Shown one piece after another: positions 17,991 to 26,357 of a stretch of DNA of 44,059 nucleotides (its first letter is position 1; each line of letters starts with the position of its first letter). The stretch is taken from assembly GCA_043811535.1 (NCBI GenBank), contig JBDRNC010000022.1:1-44059 (forward strand). The letters run 5' to 3'. Below the pieces are notes generated by a model. That model made no database searches, had not been told where the DNA came from, and saw only the letters and a program-made list of their open reading frames with translations. The translations under genes were made by a program, and so were the position numbers. This stretch comes from Elusimicrobiota bacterium (GTDB taxonomy: Bacteria > Elusimicrobiota > Endomicrobiia > Endomicrobiales > JBDRNC01).

Positions 17991-18060
17991 CCCCCTTTGA
18001 AAAAGGGGGATTAAGGGGGATTTGAAAATCTCCCCTGACCCCTCTTTCATAAAGAGGGGG
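17991..18060. repeat. REP-like palindrome doublet
   Basis: CCCCCTTTgaaAAAGGGGG..GGGGGATTT / AATCTCCCC..CCCCTCTTTcatAAAGAGGGG. Confidence 0.8.
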
Positions 18061-18074
18061 AATAATAGGAAACT

Positions 18075-19382
18075 ATGCAGATTTACGACATTATCTATAA
18101 GAAACGCAACGGCGGCAGGCTCTCTGGCGACGAGATAAATTTCGCCGTCTCAGGATATACATCGGCAACGGTGCGTGACTACCAGATGTCCGCTCTTTTA
18201 ATGGCGATGTTCCTGCGCGGAATGGACAGGAAAGAAACCCTGGCGCTGACAAACGCGATGATCGGGACGGGAGATACTATTGACCTTTCCGGCATACGGG
18301 GGGTTAAAGTGGACAAGCATTCCACGGGCGGCGTAGGGGACGGCACTTCGATAGTGCTTGCCCCGCTTGTCGCTTCCTGCGGTGTTGTTGTGCCCATGAT
18401 GTCCGGAAGGGGCCTCGGCCATACCGGAGGGACGCTGGACAAGCTTGAGTCCATCCCCGGTTTCAACGTAAATGTTCCCGTTGAAGAGTTCAAGAGGATA
18501 TTGTCGGAGATCGGCGTTGCGATGATAGGCCAGACCGAAAAAATCGCGCCGGCTGACCGGAAAATGTACGCGCTTCGCGACGTGACCGCAACGGTGGACT
18601 CGATCCCGCTGATCGCTGCCAGCATAATGTCAAAAAAAATCGCGGAAGGCTCCGACGCGCTTGTGCTGGACGTGAAAACCGGTTCAGGGGCTTTCATGAA
18701 AAGCTTGAAAGACGCGGAACTGCTCGCCAAAACTTTGATAATGATAGGCAAGGGGGCCGGAAAGAAGGTTACCGCGCTTATTACCGATATGAACCAGCCG
18801 CTCGGAAACGCCGTAGGCAACGCTCTGGAGCTCAGGCAGTGCGTAGATGTGCTGCGCGGGGGCGGCCCGGAGGATTTCACGGAGCTTGTGCTGGAACTCG
18901 GCGCCGGGATGCTGGCGCTGGCCGGCGTGGAAAAGGACGGAAACAAGGCGAAACAAACGCTTTTAAAGAATTTAAAAAACGGCAAAGCGCTTGCGAAGTT
19001 CAGGGAGCTTGTCGGGTTTCAAGGCGGGGACCCGGCCGTAGCAGACCGGCCGGAGAAGGCGCTCGCGGTTTCTTCCGACACGCAGGAAATCCCGTCTCCG
19101 AAAAAAGGATACGTCCAAAAGATTGACACGGCCGCGGTCGGCATGGCGTCGGTGCTCCTCGGAGCCGGCAGGATTTCCAAGGAAGACGCCGTAGACCACG
19201 GCGCCGGGATCATCATACGCAAAAAGATAGGTGAATACGCCGAAAAAGGCGAGCCGCTTGCCGAGTTCTATTTCGGCAGGAACGCGAAAAGGAACGATGC
19301 GATAGTCAAGTTCATATCGGCGTATACGATAGGCCCGAAAAAAACGGGAAAACCAAAATTGTTGCACGGGCGGATGGGATGA
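18075..19382 (+). CDS. pdp: Pyrimidine-nucleoside (thymidine) phosphorylase
   Basis: DYQMSA, DKHSTGGVGD, SGRGLGHTGGTLDKLESIPG, YALRDVTATV, SIMSKK, LDVK.GSGAFMK. Confidence 0.95.
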   Translation: MQIYDIIYKKRNGGRLSGDEINFAVSGYTSATVRDYQMSALLMAMFLRGMDRKETLALTNAMIGTGDTIDLSGIRGVKVDKHSTGGVGDGTSIVLAPLVASCGVVVPMMSGRGLGHTGGTLDKLESIPGFNVNVPVEEFKRILSEIGVAMIGQTEKIAPADRKMYALRDVTATVDSIPLIAASIMSKKIAEGSDALVLDVKTGSGAFMKSLKDAELLAKTLIMIGKGAGKKVTALITDMNQPLGNAVGNALELRQCVDVLRGGGPEDFTELVLELGAGMLALAGVEKDGNKAKQTLLKNLKNGKALAKFRELVGFQGGDPAVADRPEKALAVSSDTQEIPSPKKGYVQKIDTAAVGMASVLLGAGRISKEDAVDHGAGIIIRKKIGEYAEKGEPLAEFYFGRNAKRNDAIVKFISAYTIGPKKTGKPKLLHGRMG

Positions 19383-21622
19383 TGTTCGGGAACAGCACGA
19401 TATTTTCGCTGAAAACATGGGTAGTGAACCAGCCTGACAAGGATATAGTTGAGATATTCATCAGGGAACTCGGCGTTTCAAGGCCGGCCGCGACGGTGCT
19501 CGTCAACAGGGGCATAACAACGGTTGAAGAAGCGCGCGGTTTCCTAACGCCTGAGCTCGGAGATTTGGCGAATCCTTTCCTTCTGCCCGACATGGAAAAG
19601 GCCGTGGCAAGGATACGGAAAGCAATTGAAAACAAGGAGAAGATACTGGTTTACGGGGACAGGGACGTGGATGGCGTTTCGTCAATATGCGTGATCGTTC
19701 AGACGCTGAGATCGCTTGGCGCGGAACCCGTGTGGTACATCCCTTCGGATGAAGGCTACGGGCTTCACAAGGAGATCATAGAAAGATACGTCGTGCAAGG
19801 CATAACACTGATGATAACCGTCGACTGCGGCATATCGGCGCTTGAAGAGACGGCATACGCGGTTTCGCGCGGCATTGATGTAGTCATAACGGATCACCAC
19901 GAGCCGCTTCCCGCGGGCCTGCCGCAGGCGCTGGCGGTAGTGGACCCCAAGCGCGCCGCTTCATCTTATCCGTACACCGAAATAGCGGGATGCCTCGTGT
20001 CGTTCAAGGTCGCGGAAGCTCTCATGTCGTCGTTCGGCAAGTATTTCGACGAAGAAATGGTCGTGCTGGATTTTGAGACAACGGGATTGGAATTGGGGAA
20101 CGCGGAAATATGCGAGGCCGGCGCGGTAAAAATAAAGAACGGCCTGGTCATTGAGACATTCCAGTCGCTTGCCCGCCCTGAACGCGGGATAAAGCCCGAG
20201 ATATCCGCGATCCACGGGATCACGAACGAAATGGTCGCGCGCGCGCCGTCCGTCGGGGAGATGCTTAGGAAGCTCATTGAATTCATCGGGAAACGCCGGC
20301 TGATAATCCACAACGCCGAATTTGACCTGGGATTCCTGCGTTTCTACGCCAAAAGATATCTTGACGCGGATATAGACAATCCGTATATAGACACGCTTAG
20401 CCTGTCAAGGAAGAATTTTATCTTTGATTCATACGCGCTGCCCGCTCTCGTAAAGAGCATGAAGATCAAGCGCGATAAATTCCACCGCGCGCTTGACGAC
20501 GCGATGGCCGCCTATGAAGTATTCCTGAGAATAGAGCAGTATTCGGACATCAGGATGAAGTTCTTCCGCGAAAACCATCTGGACGTGCTGGCTTTGGGCA
20601 CGATCGCCGATATTATGCCGCTTTCCGGAGAGAATCGAATTATCGTCAAGCACGGGCTGAAGGCCCTGCTGCAGTCGAGAAAACCCGGCGTCAAGGCGCT
20701 CGTGGAGCGCTGCTCGGGAAACAGGAACAGCGGCATGACGGGAAAATTCGTTTCATGGAGCATAACGCCGGTATTGAACGCCGCGGGACGCCGCGGGCGT
20801 GCCGACCTGGCGGCCGAGCTTCTGTTGTGCGAAGACCCTTACAGGGCCGATGAATTGATGGACGCCATAATCAAGCTGAACGGCGAGCGCAAGGAATTGC
20901 AGGCGGAAAACATGGAAAAGTTCCTTCCGCTGATGCTTGAACAGTGCGATGTCGAAAAGGACAGGATATTTGTCGTGACGGCAAGCGGTGTCGAGCACGG
21001 AGTTACCGGTATTATAGCGTCGCAGCTGGCCAGGCAGTACAGCCGTCCCGTGATACTTTTAATTTTGGAAGACGGCGAGGCGATGGGCGCGGCGCGTTCC
21101 ATAGAAGGATTCGACATAGTCGCCGCGCTTGACAAAACAAGGGATTTGCTGGTCAAATACGGCGGTCACGCGCAGGCCGCCGGCCTTACCGTGAAAAAGG
21201 AAAACATCGAGGAGTTCCGCGCCAGGATAACCAAGATCGCAGGAGAGGAAATAACCCCGGAACGCATGGTTCCGGAAATAAAGATAGACTGCGAGCTTTC
21301 AGCGTCCGAAGCAACGATGGGCCTTGTGGAAGAGCTGGGGGCCATCGAGCCGTTCGGGGCGGGAAACCCGAATCCGGTGTTCGCGCTGCGCGAGATGCGC
21401 GTGCTTGAACGCGCGCGCATGGGCGATAACCACCTTAAACTCCGGATCGCGAAAAACGGCAACCATTCGCTAACCGCCGTGGGATGGGGCATGGGGCGCC
21501 TGCTTGAGGATATCGACAACATACCGCTTGTCGATCTCGCGTTCCAGCTTGAGATAAACAACTGGAAAGACAAGAAAACCTTGCAGTTGATGATAGTGGA
21601 CGTGAAACCGAGTGAAATATAA
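19379..21622 (+). CDS. recJ: ssDNA exonuclease RecJ with an internal DEDDh (DnaQ-like) exonuclease domain
   Basis: RecJ motifs GDRDVDG, TVDCG, ITDHH, LGTIADIMPL, LNAAGR, GGHAQAAG, EPFGAGNP; insert motifs LDFETTG, HNAEFD, HRALDDA. Confidence 0.93.
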   Translation: MMFGNSTIFSLKTWVVNQPDKDIVEIFIRELGVSRPAATVLVNRGITTVEEARGFLTPELGDLANPFLLPDMEKAVARIRKAIENKEKILVYGDRDVDGVSSICVIVQTLRSLGAEPVWYIPSDEGYGLHKEIIERYVVQGITLMITVDCGISALEETAYAVSRGIDVVITDHHEPLPAGLPQALAVVDPKRAASSYPYTEIAGCLVSFKVAEALMSSFGKYFDEEMVVLDFETTGLELGNAEICEAGAVKIKNGLVIETFQSLARPERGIKPEISAIHGITNEMVARAPSVGEMLRKLIEFIGKRRLIIHNAEFDLGFLRFYAKRYLDADIDNPYIDTLSLSRKNFIFDSYALPALVKSMKIKRDKFHRALDDAMAAYEVFLRIEQYSDIRMKFFRENHLDVLALGTIADIMPLSGENRIIVKHGLKALLQSRKPGVKALVERCSGNRNSGMTGKFVSWSITPVLNAAGRRGRADLAAELLLCEDPYRADELMDAIIKLNGERKELQAENMEKFLPLMLEQCDVEKDRIFVVTASGVEHGVTGIIASQLARQYSRPVILLILEDGEAMGAARSIEGFDIVAALDKTRDLLVKYGGHAQAAGLTVKKENIEEFRARITKIAGEEITPERMVPEIKIDCELSASEATMGLVEELGAIEPFGAGNPNPVFALREMRVLERARMGDNHLKLRIAKNGNHSLTAVGWGMGRLLEDIDNIPLVDLAFQLEINNWKDKKTLQLMIVDVKPSEI

Positions 21623-21626
21623 CGAC

Positions 21627-21710
21627 GATTTCAAATTGCAAATTTCATATTTCAAATTAACTGCTCTAAAAAAGTCTTTTATTTGAAATCTGCAATCTGA
21701 AATCTGGAAT
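21627..21710. repeat. Inverted heptamer array (ATTTCAA / TGAAATC)
   Basis: atttcaaattgcaaatttcatatttcaaa ... tttgaaatctgcaatctgaaatctggaat. Confidence 0.75.
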
Positions 21711-21744
21711 ACTTGAAAAAAGACGATTAATAGCGGAGGGAAAA

Positions 21745-22632
21745 ATGGCAGGCCAAGCAAAGCGCATTGAGCCGGTAAAGATCGGCGTCATCGGCGGCAG
21801 CGGCGTTTACGAAATTGAAGGAATAAAAGATCTGAAAGAGTTAAAGATCAAGACGCCTTTTGGATATCCTTCCGATGCCATAGTAACCGGAGAGCTTGAA
21901 GGAGTAAGATGCGCCTTCCTTCCGCGCCACGCGCGGGGGCACAGGATACTGCCCTCGGAAATCAATTTCCGCGCGAACATCTACGCGCTCAAATCGCTTG
22001 GAGTGGAAAAGATCATATCAATTTCAGCGTGCGGCTCGCTCAAGGAAGAATTCAAACCCAAGGACTTCACTATTCCCGACCAGCTGTACGACCGCACGAA
22101 AACAAGGCGCTCCACGTTTTTCGGGGACGGCATAGTCGCCCACATACAGTTCGGGCACCCGTTCTGCGAGAACGTCCGCAAGGCGCTCAAGGAAACCATG
22201 GATGAAATGCGCATATCCAACCACTACGGAGGCACCTACGTCTGCATGGAGGGCCCGGCGTTCTCAACAAAATCCGAATCCGAAACATACAGGAAGATGG
22301 GTTTCAGCATCATCGGCATGACCGCGGTGCCCGAGGCAAAGCTCGCGCGCGAAGCCGAGATATGCTACGCGACGATCGGGCTTGTGACGGATTACGACTG
22401 CTGGAAGGAACACGGCGAGGAAGTCAGCGCGGGCGCGGTTGTCGAGGTAGTGCATCAAAACGTGGCGAACGTTAAGAGACTGATTAAACTGGCGGTGCCG
22501 AAACTCGCGAAAACCGGAAGGGAGTGCGCGTGTTCGGAAGCGCTTAAATACGCGATAATGTCAAAACTTGACGCAAAAAACGCCAAAACGCAGAAGAAAC
22601 TGGAGTTACTGCTGGGAAAATATAAAAAATAG
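21745..22632 (+). CDS. mtnP: S-methyl-5'-thioadenosine phosphorylase
   Basis: IGVIGGSG, TPFG.PS, FLPRH, NFRANIYALK, EGPAFST, IGMT..PE.KLAREAE, VTDYDCW. Confidence 0.93.
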   Translation: MAGQAKRIEPVKIGVIGGSGVYEIEGIKDLKELKIKTPFGYPSDAIVTGELEGVRCAFLPRHARGHRILPSEINFRANIYALKSLGVEKIISISACGSLKEEFKPKDFTIPDQLYDRTKTRRSTFFGDGIVAHIQFGHPFCENVRKALKETMDEMRISNHYGGTYVCMEGPAFSTKSESETYRKMGFSIIGMTAVPEAKLAREAEICYATIGLVTDYDCWKEHGEEVSAGAVVEVVHQNVANVKRLIKLAVPKLAKTGRECACSEALKYAIMSKLDAKNAKTQKKLELLLGKYKK

Positions 22633-22732
22633 GGGCCAGTAGGCAGGATCCAGCGTCCAGTAAAAGCAACGACAATACTTTCTAAATCCTGGACCCCGGA
22701 CCCTGGACCCTGGACCCTGGACCCTGGACCCT
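22631..22732. repeat. Inverted heptamer array (degenerate AGGGTCC / (GGACCCT)x6)
   Basis: Right arm of near-perfect GGACCCT units; spacer almost identical to the one in 29161-29248. Confidence 0.9.
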
Positions 22733-22750
22733 TCTGTAAGGAGTTATTAA

Positions 22751-23662
22751 ATGAGTATTTTGGTAGTAGGTTCCGTTGCTTTGGATTCGGTAGAAACGCC
22801 GTTCGGAAAAGCGGATGACGCGCTCGGCGGCTCCGCCGTGTATTTTTCGGTTTCCGCCTCGTATTTCACGCCGGTCAACCTTGTCGCCGTTATAGGGGAT
22901 GATTTCCCGGACAGGCACATAAAACTCCTGCACAAGCACGGCGTTGACACTTCGGGCCTTCAGAAAGTCGCCGGAAAGACTTTCAGGTGGAAAGGGCATT
23001 ACCTGCACGACCTCAATCAGGCGCAGACGCTCGACACCCAATTGAACGTCTTCGCCAATTTCAGCCCGGAACTTCCCGCGAAATACAGGGACAGCAAAGT
23101 GGTATTCCTGGCAAATATAGACCCGGTTCTCCAGAGAAAGGTCCTTGAACAGGTCAAAAAGCCGCAGTTAGTGGCTTGCGACACGATGAATTTCTGGATA
23201 GAGAGCAAGCGTGACGAACTAATAGAGACGCTCGGCATGGTCGACATACTTGTCATAAACGAGGGCGAGGCAAGGCAGCTCGCGAAGGAAGCAAACCTTG
23301 TAAAAGCCGCGAAGGCGATATTCAAATGGGGACCGAAGGCGCTTGTAATCAAGCGCGGCGAGTACGGCGCGCTGTTCTTCACGCCGAAACACATTTTCTC
23401 GGTACCGGCGTATCCTTTGGAGAATGTTTTCGACCCCACGGGCGCGGGCGACACGTTCGCCGGCGGTTTCATGGGGTATCTGGCGCAGTGCGGCGCGAAA
23501 AACGACCGCGACCTGCGCCGGGCGATGATTTTTGGGAGCGTCATGGCCTCATTCAACGTTGAGGATTTCAGTTTGAACAGGCTTACAAATCTAAGCAAGC
23601 CGGAAATTAGGAGGCGTTTCGAACAATTCAAGAAGCTGACGCATTTTGAACTGCTGAAATGA
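22751..23662 (+). CDS. PfkB/ribokinase-family kinase (nucleoside or sugar substrate)
   Basis: GSVALD, LGGSA, INEGEA, KRGEYGA, DPTGAGDTFAGG. Confidence 0.9.
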   Translation: MSILVVGSVALDSVETPFGKADDALGGSAVYFSVSASYFTPVNLVAVIGDDFPDRHIKLLHKHGVDTSGLQKVAGKTFRWKGHYLHDLNQAQTLDTQLNVFANFSPELPAKYRDSKVVFLANIDPVLQRKVLEQVKKPQLVACDTMNFWIESKRDELIETLGMVDILVINEGEARQLAKEANLVKAAKAIFKWGPKALVIKRGEYGALFFTPKHIFSVPAYPLENVFDPTGAGDTFAGGFMGYLAQCGAKNDRDLRRAMIFGSVMASFNVEDFSLNRLTNLSKPEIRRRFEQFKKLTHFELLK

Positions 23663-23677
23663 CTCCGTATCGACGGA

Positions 23678-23756
23678 GTCATCCCCGAATGCCTAAATCG
23701 GGGATCCATTGTAACTGAAATAAAATAGATTCCCGATTACTACCTTCGGGAATGAC
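23678..23756. repeat. GTCAT...ATGAC palindromic element (RPE/dRS3-like)
   Basis: GTCATCCCCGAA..TCGGGGATCC ... GATTCCCGA..TTCGGGAATGAC. Confidence 0.8.
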
Positions 23757-23769
23757 AAAAAAGGAAAAA

Positions 23770-24171
23770 ATGAAACCGAATTATCTGAAGTTGATCAACG
23801 TAGCGAAAAAAGCGGCAAAGAACGCGTACGCGCCTTATTCAAAGTTCAAAGTAGGCGCGGCGGCGCTCGGAGGAAGCGGTAATATCTATTCCGGGGCGAA
23901 CATTGAGAACGCCTCATATGGGCTTACGGTGTGCGCCGAGCGCGTGGCGATTTTTAAGGCTGTGAGCGAGGGCGAAAAGACGGTCAAGGCGGTCGCTGTT
24001 GTCTGGAGCGCTAAAGGATTTGCCACCCCGTGCGGCGCCTGCAGGCAGGTTATCGCTGAGTTCGCGAAAAACGCGGATATTATAATAAGCTCCGAAGACG
24101 GAAAACACAAAATCATGAAACTTCCCAGGCTCCTGCCAGATTCATTTTCATTGAAAAACAAACAACAATGA
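23770..24171 (+). CDS. cdd: Cytidine deaminase (homotetrameric type)
   Basis: AYAPYS.F.VGAA, G.NIENASY, CAER, PCGACRQ; ATG 23770 has an SD, while ATG 23752 lies inside the repeat. Confidence 0.93.
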   Translation: MKPNYLKLINVAKKAAKNAYAPYSKFKVGAAALGGSGNIYSGANIENASYGLTVCAERVAIFKAVSEGEKTVKAVAVVWSAKGFATPCGACRQVIAEFAKNADIIISSEDGKHKIMKLPRLLPDSFSLKNKQQ

Positions 24172-26222
24172 AAAGACTTCTTGCGCCGATCCTTTCATTC
24201 CTTTTCCTGTTTTCATCCTCCGCTTTTGCGGTCCATAAAATTATTAAGGTTTCAGGCGATAACCAGACAGGTTACGCGGGATACCCCCTGCGCGAAGATT
24301 TCATCGTCCGGGTCACGAGCGCGGACTCAGCGCCTGTTCAGGGAGCGCCCGTGGCTTTCACGGTCATTTATCAGCCGGAGCAGGACGGGAACGGGAAAAA
24401 CAGGGCGGATTCCATCATCGCGGGAGGACTCAACATTACGGATGACGCCGGTTTCGCCAGGGCGCGGCTGAATGTCGGGTATCCCGGCACGGGAGACATA
24501 CTTGTAAGCGCGGTTACGAGAGAAACGATAGGCGATCCTGTCGTGTTCAAGGCGGTTTCGCGCTCAAGAGGCTGGCTTGTCACGATACTGTTCGGGATAA
24601 TAGGCGGGCTCGGGATATTCCTGTTCGGGATGTTCTACCTTAACGACGCTCTCCAGAAGATTGCCGGGCAGAAACTGAAAGAGTTCCTTGTTACGCTGAC
24701 GAAATCCCCGCTACGCGGCGTCGGTACGGGTTTGTTCGTGACACTTCTCAACCAGTCAAGCTCGGCCACGACGGTGCTTGAAGTCAGTCTTGTCAGCGCG
24801 GGGCTCCTGACGTTCTACCAGACGATCGCCGTGACGATGGGCACCGGGATAGGCTCGACTGTAACGTCTCAGCTGCTGGCGTTCAAGCTGGCTGATTTTT
24901 CCGTATTAATAGCGGGCGTCGGATTCTACGTAATGGTATTGAGCCACAGCAAAAAATGGAAAAACATCGGCGAAGCGGTGCTTGGTTTCGGGATACTTTT
25001 CCTGGGCATGAAAATAATGACTGATTTGCTTGTTCCGCTGAAGGATTACGTTCCGTTCCTTGATACCATGAAAAACGTCGGGCATCCGCTGCTGGGCATA
25101 CTCGTCGGGCTTGTATTCACGGCAATACTGCAGTCAAGCGGCGCGACCGCCGGAATCGTGATAGCGCTCGCTTTAGCCGGCGTGATAAATCTCAATCAGG
25201 CCGTGCTGATAAATCTTGGCGCGCAGGTTGGGACCTGCACGACGGCGCTAATCGCGTCAATCGGCCGCGGCAGGGAAGGCAGGATAGTCGCGGTCTGGCA
25301 TCTTGTGCATAAGTCCGCCGGAGTCCTGATATTATTGCCTTTCCTGACGCTGTTCACGGTCGGAGGAAAACCTTTATGGATCGGCTTCGTGGAGTGGTTC
25401 ACGCGTTTGTTCTTTTTTACGGAAGATCTTGCGCGCCAGATAGCCATGGCTCACACGCTCGCGGCTGTCGTCAACACGGCTGCGTTTTTCTTCCTTATTC
25501 CAGCGGTGTACAAGGTAATGACAGCCGTAATGCCGGCAAAAGAGAAAGAAAGGCCTTTCGGCCCGCAGTTCATAGATGACAACCTGATAGCCACGCCGGC
25601 GCTGGCGCTTGAACAGGCGCGCAGGGAGGTTGTGCGCGAAGGCGAGATAGTGGCAGACATGCTGAAATGCTCCATGGAGATGTTTCAATACGACAGCATG
25701 AAAATGTGCGACGCCGTTTCGCTGAAAGACATCAGGGTAGACATCCTGAGAAACGCGATCGTGGCGTATCTGTCAAAGATCGCCCAGGGATCCATGTCCG
25801 AAGAACAATCCGGGATGGAAACAAGGCTTCTGCTTATAGCGTCGGATATCGAAGAGATAGGCGATATTATAGACAAGAATATAGTACCGCTCGCGCGCAA
25901 GACGATCGACCACAAAATGAAGTTCTCGGCGAACGGGTGGAAAGACATAATCGAGATCCACGAAAGAGTCTCGGCAAACCTTGAAAACGCGGTCGCGGCG
26001 CTGCGCGGAAACGATCTTGAATTCGCGCGGATCGTTGCGGATTCAAAACAGCTTGTGAACGAGCTTGAATCCGACATGAGAAAGAGGCATGTCGGAAGGC
26101 TGAATTCTGGGCTCAGGGAATCACTTGAAACCTCAAGCGTCCACCTGGACCTTATCGATTGCTACAAAAGAATAAACTCGCATACGGCCTCCGTTGGAAT
26201 GACGCTTCTTGGAAAAGCGTAA
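24168..26222 (+). CDS. Na+/Pi cotransporter (NptA/YjbB-like) with N-terminal signal peptide, Ig-like domain and C-terminal PhoU-like repeats
   Basis: GGLGIFLFGM, QSSSATT, GFGILFLGM, QSSGAT, ARQIAMAHT, DIEEIGD; N-terminal VSGDNQTG...PV.F. Confidence 0.88.
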   Translation: MKRLLAPILSFLFLFSSSAFAVHKIIKVSGDNQTGYAGYPLREDFIVRVTSADSAPVQGAPVAFTVIYQPEQDGNGKNRADSIIAGGLNITDDAGFARARLNVGYPGTGDILVSAVTRETIGDPVVFKAVSRSRGWLVTILFGIIGGLGIFLFGMFYLNDALQKIAGQKLKEFLVTLTKSPLRGVGTGLFVTLLNQSSSATTVLEVSLVSAGLLTFYQTIAVTMGTGIGSTVTSQLLAFKLADFSVLIAGVGFYVMVLSHSKKWKNIGEAVLGFGILFLGMKIMTDLLVPLKDYVPFLDTMKNVGHPLLGILVGLVFTAILQSSGATAGIVIALALAGVINLNQAVLINLGAQVGTCTTALIASIGRGREGRIVAVWHLVHKSAGVLILLPFLTLFTVGGKPLWIGFVEWFTRLFFFTEDLARQIAMAHTLAAVVNTAAFFFLIPAVYKVMTAVMPAKEKERPFGPQFIDDNLIATPALALEQARREVVREGEIVADMLKCSMEMFQYDSMKMCDAVSLKDIRVDILRNAIVAYLSKIAQGSMSEEQSGMETRLLLIASDIEEIGDIIDKNIVPLARKTIDHKMKFSANGWKDIIEIHERVSANLENAVAALRGNDLEFARIVADSKQLVNELESDMRKRHVGRLNSGLRESLETSSVHLDLIDCYKRINSHTASVGMTLLGKA

Positions 26223-26321
26223 ATACAGCGTAATGTTACATGTGTAATGTGTAATGAAAAGGCAATAAATATTTTGAAACGGCACAGGCAAAAAGCATTC
26301 ATTTTATATAGAAAACTCAAA

Positions 26322-26350
26322 TTGACATTCTCGGCAAAAAGATATACCAT
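26322..26350 (+). promoter_or_regulatory. sigma70 promoter, probably giving a leaderless transcript
   Basis: TTGACA (26322-26327), 17 nt, TACCAT (26345-26350), ATG at 26358. Confidence 0.55.
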
Positions 26351-26357
26351 ACAATAA

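Noticed and set aside
20050..20545. Intein in RecJ
   Set aside because: No Cys/Ser start or His-Asn end splice motifs; the insert has DEDDh exonuclease motifs.
23017..23709. 230-aa minus-strand ORF
   Set aside because: Antisense to the PfkB kinase; its start (MDPRFRHSGMT) comes from the palindromic repeat.
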